Assembly (NCBI GenBank): GCA_963579905.1
Contig: CAUZIZ010000001.1
Location: forward strand, 19,056-83,055
Length of the DNA stretch: 64,000 nt
Direction of reading: 5' to 3'
DNA from: Acidobacteria bacterium UBA6911
GTDB lineage: Bacteria; Acidobacteriota; UBA6911; RPQK01; JAJDTT01
Shown here: positions 19,877 through 28,143 of the stretch, piece after piece
Layout: the number at the start of each line of letters is the position of its first letter
Numbering within the stretch: the stretch's first letter is position 1
Made by a program: the position numbers and the translations under genes
The notes under the pieces: model-generated
Told to the model about the DNA's origin: nothing
The model's database searches: none
What the model saw: only the letters and a program-made list of their open reading frames with translations

Positions 19877-22438
19877 ATGGCCGCCTCTCGAACCGACGCT
19901 TCGTCGACGGTCCCCCCTCTTTCGTTACTCCACCTTTTCACTCTGTGGTCCTTTGCGATCGCTCAGCCCCTCTTCGACCTCTTGGGGAGCCATCCGGAAT
20001 TCTTCGTAGCCCGACGAATAGTCTCCCTTGAACTGTCCCTTCTCGTGCTCTGCCTGAGCCTCCTGTTTCCTGCCGCAGTTGGCGGGACTCTTCTTCTACT
20101 TTACAGGGTCAACCGGCGAATGGCGGGCGCCCTCCAGACGGTGCTTTTTGGGACGCTGGTCGGATTGATATTCCTGCCGGTTCTGAGATGGAAGGGGCCA
20201 CTTTCCGGATACTGGATCCTGCTACCGGCAGTCTTGGCGGGATTGACTTTCGTCGTCGTCTACACTCGATCTTCATCCGTAAAGCTCTTGCTGCGTGTCT
20301 TGAGCCCTTCTGTGCTCGTCTTTCCCATCGCTTTCTTGGCCTACTCCCCAACCACGAAGATTTTGGCGCCCGACACATCAGCTCAGCCAGAGGTGACCAA
20401 GATCGAATCAGCAGGAGATGGGGTTTCGGTCGTCATACTGGTTCTGGACGAATTGCCTCTTTTCTCCCTGCTCGATGCGGAGGGAAACATCGATGCGGAG
20501 CGATTTCCGAACTTCTCCGCCCTGGCCGCCGACTCGACCTGGTACCGGTACGCCACAACAGTTGCCGAATCCACTGATAGAGTACTCCCCTCTATCCTCA
20601 GCGCGTCCTATCCGGTATCGGACACACTGCCGATCTACCTGGATCATCGGGACAATTTGTTTACTTTCCTGGCCCGGACCCATGAGCTGAAGGTCTTCGA
20701 GTCGATCACTCAGCTCTGTCCACCCGAACTGTGTCCCCCGCGCTTTCGAGAATCCTTCCACACCAGAATGCGCATACTTTTGGAAGACGTGGCGATAGTC
20801 TATGAACATCTGGTGCTTCCAGAGCCGTTAGCCGAGGGCATTCCCGATATTCGCCAAGGTTGGGGCCAGTTTCGTAAGGCATGGCAGGCAGTGTTCTACG
20901 ATCAGGCAGTCTCGAGTTTCGACCGTTTCCTTGAGAGCTTTGAGTCCTCTTCGAATCCGAGTCTCTACTACTACCACGGGCTTCTGCCCCATTTTCCTTG
21001 GATGTTATTGCCCTCGGGTAAGCGCTATGCCGACGGAAGCAGGAGTGAGTTATTCTTCCGAGAGGGAAACTGGGTCGATAACGATGTCCTGGTAGCGCAT
21101 GCGTTTCAGCGTTATCTGTTGCAGCTTGGGTTTACTGACCGCCAGCTGGGGCGATTAGTCGAGCGCCTGAAGCAGATCGGATTGTACGAGCGAGCCTTGA
21201 TTTTGGTGTTTGCCGACCACGGTTTCGGCCTCCATCCGGGAGGGTCGCGCCGTAGTGTCAATCCTCAGAACTTTTCGGACATCATGTCAGTGCCCCTATT
21301 CGTCAGGTTTCCCGGACAGACTGCGGGTGTCGTCAACGCGGGGGCGGCCCAGTTGGTCGATCTTCTTCCGACAATCGCCGAGGTGTTGGGACTGCCCCTC
21401 GACTGGCCAATAGACGGAGTTTCTCTACTCGCCGAACCGGCAACGAAGTCGAGCACCAAGCTGATCTTCGGGAGGGGACGGAGTTTTCCCTGGATAGTGG
21501 ATGGCCGAGTCGAGAAGCTATTGCGCCCGACACTCTGTGTTGACGGACGAGTCTATCCCCAGCCGTCCAGGGGAGTGGTCGGATCGGTTGATTCCGTGGA
21601 GACGTTGGAGACTGAGATCGAGATCCAGGGAAAAGCGGGAGACGCGCAACTGGGTAAGCCGGCAGCTGGGGTGTTCGTTTTCCTGGACGACCAACTGATG
21701 GAGCGGGTTCCGGTGGACGAGGAAAGACCAGAGGTAGCGGCCTACTTCGACAATCCTCGGCTGCTCCATTCAGGCTTTCGCATTCGGCTGAAGCGATCCT
21801 TGTTTGAGCAGGATCCGCCGCCGGTGCTTCGGATTTTCGCCTGGGATTCCGGGGGCGCCACCGAGTTGAATTATCCGCGAGATTTTGCCTGGCTTCCCAC
21901 GACGGTAGAGTCCCGGATTCCTGGATTGAACCGTCCACACTCCTGTGGCCCTGGAGTCTCAGGGCTGGTGCTCACGGCGGACGAATCCGCACAAACCGCT
22001 CAGGAGAAATCGGTAAGACGCTTAAAGTGCAGGGCAATCGAGTCCGGCCGCGATCTGATACTCCCTCCAGTTGCCTTTGGCGAACTTGTGGGGCTGAGCG
22101 AAGAGGATTTGGGAGCCGAGCCGGCGGAGTTTCGGGTGGAAACAAGCGCGTCCGGACGGCTCCAATCCCAGATTGGCCAGCCCAGTTTCGATGGCGCCGA
22201 AGTGAGGGGCTGGGTTGTCGGGTTGGATCCCTTGCCGAAAGACGCACATCTATTATTGACGTTCAACGGGGTCGTCACGAGTGTCCTGCCCCTACTACGA
22301 GATTCGGCAGGAGAAATCCTATTCGTGGGCGTGTTGCCAGAGCAGCCTGCAGGCCTCAAACGCCTGTCTTTTTACGTGGTTTGGCGAGATGGAGAGCGCT
22401 CTCGGTTGTTGAAGCCTACGCCATCTTCCCAAAGCTGA
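19877..22438 (+). CDS. Membrane-anchored LtaS/OpgB-like sulfatase-fold phosphotransferase (5 TM + alkaline phosphatase-superfamily domain + C-terminal extension)
   Basis: N-terminal hydrophobic helices, then a periplasmic domain containing VFADHGFGLHPGG, as in LtaS/EptA-type enzymes. 853 aa. Confidence 0.65.
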   Translation: MAASRTDASSTVPPLSLLHLFTLWSFAIAQPLFDLLGSHPEFFVARRIVSLELSLLVLCLSLLFPAAVGGTLLLLYRVNRRMAGALQTVLFGTLVGLIFLPVLRWKGPLSGYWILLPAVLAGLTFVVVYTRSSSVKLLLRVLSPSVLVFPIAFLAYSPTTKILAPDTSAQPEVTKIESAGDGVSVVILVLDELPLFSLLDAEGNIDAERFPNFSALAADSTWYRYATTVAESTDRVLPSILSASYPVSDTLPIYLDHRDNLFTFLARTHELKVFESITQLCPPELCPPRFRESFHTRMRILLEDVAIVYEHLVLPEPLAEGIPDIRQGWGQFRKAWQAVFYDQAVSSFDRFLESFESSSNPSLYYYHGLLPHFPWMLLPSGKRYADGSRSELFFREGNWVDNDVLVAHAFQRYLLQLGFTDRQLGRLVERLKQIGLYERALILVFADHGFGLHPGGSRRSVNPQNFSDIMSVPLFVRFPGQTAGVVNAGAAQLVDLLPTIAEVLGLPLDWPIDGVSLLAEPATKSSTKLIFGRGRSFPWIVDGRVEKLLRPTLCVDGRVYPQPSRGVVGSVDSVETLETEIEIQGKAGDAQLGKPAAGVFVFLDDQLMERVPVDEERPEVAAYFDNPRLLHSGFRIRLKRSLFEQDPPPVLRIFAWDSGGATELNYPRDFAWLPTTVESRIPGLNRPHSCGPGVSGLVLTADESAQTAQEKSVRRLKCRAIESGRDLILPPVAFGELVGLSEEDLGAEPAEFRVETSASGRLQSQIGQPSFDGAEVRGWVVGLDPLPKDAHLLLTFNGVVTSVLPLLRDSAGEILFVGVLPEQPAGLKRLSFYVVWRDGERSRLLKPTPSSQS

Positions 22439-22444
22439 TCTCCA

Positions 22445-23572
22445 GTGTCGAGGATGATCTCCAGGACAGTGTTTGCGCTCAAGCTGGCCACTACCATTGC
22501 CTTCTCGTTTCTTCTTCTCGAGTCTCTGCTGCTGGTTTTCAATGACACGGTTTTCCATAGTTCCTTCGTCATCTATGACCCAGAAATGGGATTTCGCGTC
22601 AGGCCCTACATGCGTAATTCGAACCGATTCGGCTTCAACGATCGAGATTACCCCTTGCAACCCATTCCAGGAACCTATCGCATCGCGATCCTGGGGGATT
22701 CGTTCAATTGGACGGGTGGTCGTACCTGGAACTACACCAGAGTTCTGGAACGGCGATTTGCAGAGTCTGACTCCGACCCTGCGATTGAGTTGATCAACAC
22801 CGGTTATCCTGCTACCCATACCGCAGAACAACTGCGTCTTCTGGAAAGGTTCGTCCTGCAATACAATCCCCACCTGCTGCTCTTGGGGTTTTTTGTGGGA
22901 AACGATTTTGTGGAGGCAGACCCCTGGCGCCGTCGAATCGCTTTCGGCGGGGCCACCACCGACATAGATTTGCGCAATGGAAGGGAGTGGATGCTTTGGA
23001 ATCAGCCCCTTTTGTTTCGCAGTCGGGCGATGCTTCTGATCCGGAACCGAATACTCGAGTATCAGAATAGAGGCAAGGGGCGGCAGGCTTCTCTCGAGAT
23101 GTCGAGACAACGGTATCTCAAGCTCGAGTTCGGCAGGATGCAATTTGCCAACCTCAATCGAAGGGAGCAATTCGGGGCACACCAGAACCTCGTTTTGAAC
23201 AGTCTTAAAGAGATGAAGGCCGTCTGCATGAGGCAGGGCATCGAGTTTGTCGTTGTCGCCTTTCCGGACGAATTTCAGGTAGATCCATCGCTGAGGGCAG
23301 CTGTGTGGCGCCATTATAAGGAGAACCCTCAGGACTACAGAGTGGACCGAGGCCAGAGGCTACTCGAAGAGTTTTGCGCTCGCGAGAAGATTGACTTTTG
23401 GGATCTGCTTCCCGTTTTCGAGGAAGCCCACCAGACCGGTCAGAAACTGTATCTCCCGAACAACTCCCACTGGAACAAGGACGGAAATCGGTTAGCGGGC
23501 AGGGAATTGTTCTCGAAGGTGGTTACGTGGATAGAGGATTCCGGGAGAAGGGATAGGGCAACCTCCGAGTGA
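22445..23572 (+). CDS. Membrane-anchored SGNH/GDSL hydrolase (DltD/AlgX-like)
   Basis: N-terminal TM helix, ILGDSF (GDS block I), a G/N block and a C-terminal DxxH-like region. Lies 7 nt after the LtaS-like gene. Confidence 0.7.
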   Translation: MSRMISRTVFALKLATTIAFSFLLLESLLLVFNDTVFHSSFVIYDPEMGFRVRPYMRNSNRFGFNDRDYPLQPIPGTYRIAILGDSFNWTGGRTWNYTRVLERRFAESDSDPAIELINTGYPATHTAEQLRLLERFVLQYNPHLLLLGFFVGNDFVEADPWRRRIAFGGATTDIDLRNGREWMLWNQPLLFRSRAMLLIRNRILEYQNRGKGRQASLEMSRQRYLKLEFGRMQFANLNRREQFGAHQNLVLNSLKEMKAVCMRQGIEFVVVAFPDEFQVDPSLRAAVWRHYKENPQDYRVDRGQRLLEEFCAREKIDFWDLLPVFEEAHQTGQKLYLPNNSHWNKDGNRLAGRELFSKVVTWIEDSGRRDRATSE

Positions 23573-23732
23573 GTCTAAGTACATTGTTTCATAAATACGG
23601 TAATGTTTGTGGCGAGCCTAGCGGCTCTACCTCCGGCGGTCTGGAGCCCACCGCTACGAAGGACCAATATTCTCGTGACTCTCTCAATCAATCTGGCTTA
23701 CCCTATGGGCTGATTCGATAAAGGAGCATTTC

Positions 23733-24812
23733 ATGAAGAAAGTGAAGGCGGCGTTATTGGGCTTGGACAATCCACATTCTGTGGCTCACTTGAAGACACT
23801 TCAGCAATTGCCCGAGGTGGAGAGCATTCTCATCTGGTCGGAGCGAGAGGAGCTGGACGCTTCCCTGGAGGAGGCAAGCAGCGAGAAGGTTGAGAGTGTC
23901 GATACCAATCTGACGTCGGTGCTGACCGACGACGACATCCACTTCGTGATCACCTGTCTCCGCAACGATCAGAGTGCGGATGTCTGCATCCGGGCACTGG
24001 AGGCGGGAAAGCATGTCATCGCGGAGAAGCCCATTGGTCTCACTGCCGCCGAGGTTCAGCGGGTGGACCAGACAGCCGACGCCCTGGGCCTTAAGCTGGG
24101 GGTTTTCTATGGACGTCGTTACCATCCTCTTGTATGTCAGGTCAGGGAGATCGTGCAGCGTGGGATTCTTGGGACCCTGATCTCAGCTGAGCTTCGAAAC
24201 CTGACCACTCAAGTTCGCTTTCGGGATCCAGATCACTGGCTTTTCAAGAAGCACCATTCCGGTGGCGGTATGCTCTCCTGGCTGGGGTGCCACGACGTGG
24301 ATATAATCCGTTATATCAGTGGCGAAGAGATTGTGTCGGTGTCAGCCGAAGTGGCCACTCGAAACGGTGAAGATATCGATGTCGAGGACGTGGCTGTTAT
24401 GTCCTTCAGGCTGGCCTCGGGAGCGGTTGGGGTATTGCACGTGGGCTATGTCATGGCCCTCAGCGGCGGTGGCTATCACAACATCGGGGGCTACGACACC
24501 TACGTCGGTCTAAACGGGCAAGGAGGCCGCCTGCATTGGTCCTCGGACGGCACTCCCTCTCGGCTTCTGGTAGAGTCGGACCATCCCGACTGGAGCGCGG
24601 CCCCAAAGCGTCAGTTCGACTATACCCTTTCCTCGTCGCCCTCCTACGGCGGGGTCCATGGAGAGACCTTCGTCCAGGATTTCCTCCGCGCTACCTGGGG
24701 AGAGAGGGAGGTTCCTGCCTCGGGCAAGGATGCCCTTCAAGTGGCACGTGTGGTGGAAGCAGCCTACGAATCCAGCGAGAGCGGGCAGCGCGTGCAGATC
24801 CCCACTGAATAG
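23733..24812 (+). CDS. Gfo/Idh/MocA family oxidoreductase
   Basis: N-terminal Rossmann fold and the EKP motif (IAEKP), 359 aa. Confidence 0.85.
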   Translation: MKKVKAALLGLDNPHSVAHLKTLQQLPEVESILIWSEREELDASLEEASSEKVESVDTNLTSVLTDDDIHFVITCLRNDQSADVCIRALEAGKHVIAEKPIGLTAAEVQRVDQTADALGLKLGVFYGRRYHPLVCQVREIVQRGILGTLISAELRNLTTQVRFRDPDHWLFKKHHSGGGMLSWLGCHDVDIIRYISGEEIVSVSAEVATRNGEDIDVEDVAVMSFRLASGAVGVLHVGYVMALSGGGYHNIGGYDTYVGLNGQGGRLHWSSDGTPSRLLVESDHPDWSAAPKRQFDYTLSSSPSYGGVHGETFVQDFLRATWGEREVPASGKDALQVARVVEAAYESSESGQRVQIPTE

Positions 24813-24863
24813 TGAGCAGTAAGAACTTGAAGTGAGCAGTGCCGGAGCCGCCGCGGCCCGACA

Positions 24864-25796
24864 GTGCCAGGAACGACCCGAAGGGAGATGATGATGACCA
24901 AGTTTCACGGCCTTTTTCCGGCGGTAATCACGCCAATGACTCCGGAGGGGGAGCTCAACGAAGCCGCTTTCCGCAAGGTTCTGGAATTCAACATCCAGGC
25001 AGGAGTACACGGTTTTTGGATAGCAGGAGGCAGCGGAGAGAGCATCCTCATCGGCGAGGACGAGAATAGGCGCATTGCCCAGATCGCCGTAGATCAGATA
25101 AGAGGCAGGGTGGGGACCATCATGCACGTTAGCGCGCCCACCACCGCCGAAGCCGTTCGAAACGCACAGAATGCCGCGCGAGCTGGAGTGGATTCCATCT
25201 GTGGGCTGCCCCCCTGTTTCTATGGTACGGGCGATGACGAACTAGTAGAGTACTATCGAAGTGTAGGTCAGGCTGCCGATCTTCCCCTGTTTGTCTACAA
25301 TCTTCCCGAAGCCACCGGCGTCGAGATCACTCCCGAATTGGCCAAGAAGATCCAGGGCAGCGTCCCACAGTTGGTTGGACTCAAGCACTCAGCCCCAAAC
25401 TTCAAGAATGTCTGGAAATTCTCTCAAATGGGACTGCAGTGTTTCATGGGATTCAGCTCTCTCATGCTTCCTGCGCTGACCGTAGGTGCGGTTGGCAGCG
25501 TCGATGGACCTCCCAATGTTGCCCCCGAGCCCTTTGTTGAAGTCTGGGAGGCTTACCAGGCTGGAGATTGGAAAAGAGCGCAGGATGCTCAGGACAGAGC
25601 TGCCCACATCTTCAATCTCTTCGAGGGGGAGTATGGTCCCTACATCGGCGTTCTCAAGAGTCTCCTGAGCAGGCGCCTAGGCGTGGACTGCGGTAATCCT
25701 CGGCCCCCGAGTCTGCCTCTCACAGAGGAGCAGGAAAACAGGGTCTGGGAGCGTTTTTGTGAGTTGATGCCTACGGGTGCAACCGTCGGCGACTGA
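24864..25796 (+). CDS. DapA/NAL family aldolase (dihydrodipicolinate synthase / N-acetylneuraminate lyase family)
   Basis: GLFPAVITPMT...GVHGFWIAGGSGE pattern of class I aldolases of the DapA family, 310 aa. Confidence 0.85.
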   Translation: MPGTTRREMMMTKFHGLFPAVITPMTPEGELNEAAFRKVLEFNIQAGVHGFWIAGGSGESILIGEDENRRIAQIAVDQIRGRVGTIMHVSAPTTAEAVRNAQNAARAGVDSICGLPPCFYGTGDDELVEYYRSVGQAADLPLFVYNLPEATGVEITPELAKKIQGSVPQLVGLKHSAPNFKNVWKFSQMGLQCFMGFSSLMLPALTVGAVGSVDGPPNVAPEPFVEVWEAYQAGDWKRAQDAQDRAAHIFNLFEGEYGPYIGVLKSLLSRRLGVDCGNPRPPSLPLTEEQENRVWERFCELMPTGATVGD

Positions 25797-25895
25797 ACCC
25801 GATCAGTTCATGGAATTCCCGATTGCCAACTCCGGATCGAGTCTGCGCTCCGCTGGAATTTCCTCGAACCAAAACCCTCGAAGGAGCGTTGCTGA

Positions 25896-26858
25896 ATGTC
25901 CGCCACAAAATTCTTGATCACTGCCCCGATTGAAGACGCAGCCACGGAAATCCTGGCAACCTTTGCCCCCGTCACGATCTCTCCGTCGACAGCCCATGAG
26001 ACGCTCCTGGGTTTACTCGACGGAACCATCGGCATCGTCGCTCGCGGAGAGGCGCAGATGAACCGGGCGCTGATCGAGGCCGCAACCGATCTAAAGGTCG
26101 TGGGCCGAAGCGGCGTTGGCTATGACAACGTGGACGTAGATGCCCTGAGCGAACGGGGTATCCCCCTGATCATCGCTCCCGTCGGTGGGTTTGCGGTGGC
26201 CGAGGCAGCCCTGGCGCTGTTGCTCGCGTTGATCAAGCAACTGCCGGCCATGGACCAGGCCGTCCGCTCGGGTGACTGGCTCAGGCGCTACACCGCCCAG
26301 ATCGGCGATATGGACGAACACACGTTGGGCATCGTCGGTCTGGGCCGAATCGGATCTCATCTAGCCAAACTACTGCAGCCCTTCGAGATGACCATCCTGG
26401 GATACGATCCCTACGTAGATGAGGGAGCTATGGGGGAGCTGGGCGCGCACAAGGTGGACCTGGACGAACTGCTGCGACGCTCGGACTACGTTTCCCTACA
26501 TATGCTGCTGAACGATGAGACCCGGGGCATGATCGGGAAGGCAGAAATCGCGCAGATGAAGAAGGGTGCGGTGCTTCTCAACCTGGCCCGAGGCGGAATC
26601 ATCGATGGTCTCGACCTGCTCGCGGACGCCCTCGATGAAGGCCAGCTGAGCTTTCTAGGCTTGGATGTCTTTCCCACCGAGCCGCCCGACGTCTCGCATC
26701 GGTTGTTCAAGGATAAGCGATGCATCTTCAGCCCACATGCGCTGGGGATGAGTCAGCTGGCCATGGATCGTGTGTGTCGCTCGATGGCCAATGACATGCT
26801 CGCCGTCCTGGAAGGTCGCAAACCCCGTTACTGCGTCAATCCAGAGGTGCTAAGCTGA
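25896..26858 (+). CDS. D-isomer-specific 2-hydroxyacid dehydrogenase
   Basis: GIVGLGRIG NAD-binding motif, catalytic region and a C-terminal His region, 320 aa. Confidence 0.85.
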   Translation: MSATKFLITAPIEDAATEILATFAPVTISPSTAHETLLGLLDGTIGIVARGEAQMNRALIEAATDLKVVGRSGVGYDNVDVDALSERGIPLIIAPVGGFAVAEAALALLLALIKQLPAMDQAVRSGDWLRRYTAQIGDMDEHTLGIVGLGRIGSHLAKLLQPFEMTILGYDPYVDEGAMGELGAHKVDLDELLRRSDYVSLHMLLNDETRGMIGKAEIAQMKKGAVLLNLARGGIIDGLDLLADALDEGQLSFLGLDVFPTEPPDVSHRLFKDKRCIFSPHALGMSQLAMDRVCRSMANDMLAVLEGRKPRYCVNPEVLS

Positions 26859-27245
26859 AACTTCAAGAATACGTCGCACGTCTGAACGTCTCCTGTCCTC
26901 CGGAGGTCCCGCCAACGGGTGAACTACCAGCGTTACGAAGCCAAGTCCGACAGAGTCGCGAACGACTTGAGCCCTTAGCAACATGAGGCCAAGTTCCGAG
27001 GAAAGAGCCGGACAACTCTTCCCCACGCAGTGACGCACAAATCCCAGTAGCCGGAAGTTTCTTTCTTGAATGGGGCAGCGCAGCGGGGGCGGGACTAAGC
27101 TGAAACTCCCTTTGGTTCTAGAAGGTATCCGGTTTTTCAACCGTGGCACGGCCTTCCAGGCCGTGATTGTCGAGCCCTTGGCTCGACGTATCGGGTATCG
27201 CGGGCAGGGATGCCCGTGCCACTGCAGTATACTAAAGACTTCTGA
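26859..27245 (+). repeat. REP-B composite repeat copy d
   Basis: AGCTGAAAC + core + GGAAGTTTCTTTCTTGAATGGGGCAGCGCAGCGGGGGCGGGACT + AAGCTGAAAC, then the module shared with 13352-13460. Confidence 0.8.
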
Positions 27246-27273
27246 ATGATTCAGATCGGCTATGAGCGTCCGG

Positions 27274-28071
27274 CTACGGATCTGTTGCCGATCCTGTCGG
27301 GGGCTCCGACAACAACCCTCCGTCGTTCACGGCCTTGTTCGCACTCTCTTGTCTCAAGTAGCGCAGAGGGTTGACGGGGACGTTACCCCTGCGAATTTCG
27401 AGATGGCAGTGATGGGTGCTAGCGTTTCCGGTACGCCCGACCCGGGCAATGGGTTGGCCTTGGCGGACTGGCTCGCCGGGTTGGACCAGGACTGTTGAGT
27501 TATGAGCATACAGGGAGCGCAGCCCGCCGCCGTGATCCAGGACCACAGTCTTCCCGTAACCGCGCATTCTGGCACTCGAGACAACCCTACCGGCCCGGAC
27601 TGCCCGGACTTGCTGGCCGCTTTGGCCCCGGATGTCGATGCCTCGGTGACGATGAGCTCCACGGTTTACTCCGAAGCGGGAAAGAACCGCTCCGCCCGAG
27701 ACCGGCCACGCCCAATCTCCGCCGCCTGTGTCCGGAATCAGAATCCTCTGATTCACCGATAGCTTGTTGGGATCACCAAGTTTGTTCAGGTTGACCAACT
27801 CCGCCACGGTGACGCCATATTTCCTCGAGATGGACCACAAGGACTCGCCGGGCCGTACCCGATGGTAGACAGGTTCCCCAACCTCCACGTCTGTCGCGAC
27901 TGGAGCTGTTGTACGGGCTTCGCTAGGAAGATGAATACCGGGCCCAGTGCGTCGGGACTTTGCGCAGCTCGGGAGGATGATCAGCAACCCGATCAAAACG
28001 CACCAATGCCCCCCACTTCGAGGAGAAGGGGATCTAGTCGACCTTTGGTAGGAGGATTCAGAGATTCCCAT
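27274..28071 (-). CDS. LysM-domain M23 family metallopeptidase
   Basis: LysM (YHRVRPGESLWSISRKYGVTVAELVNLN) followed by M23 motifs HRGIDI...GKTVVLDHGGG...HLEIR. Confidence 0.85.
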   Translation of the reverse strand: MGISESSYQRSTRSPSPRSGGHWCVLIGLLIILPSCAKSRRTGPGIHLPSEARTTAPVATDVEVGEPVYHRVRPGESLWSISRKYGVTVAELVNLNKLGDPNKLSVNQRILIPDTGGGDWAWPVSGGAVLSRFGVNRGAHRHRGIDIRGQSGQQVRAVRAGRVVSSARMRGYGKTVVLDHGGGLRSLYAHNSTVLVQPGEPVRQGQPIARVGRTGNASTHHCHLEIRRGNVPVNPLRYLRQESANKAVNDGGLLSEPPTGSATDP

Positions 28072-28143
28072 GGGTGAGTAATCGAGCTAAGATATCAGAG
28101 CGGCAACCTTGATGGAAGTCTTCCCGAACTCCGGAAAGCGGCT

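Noticed and set aside
22319-23314. 331-aa ORF antisense to the SGNH hydrolase gene
   Set aside because: No recognisable motifs, with a low-complexity Arg/Pro/Gln-rich translation typical of antisense frames in high-GC DNA. The sense-strand gene has clear GDSL blocks.
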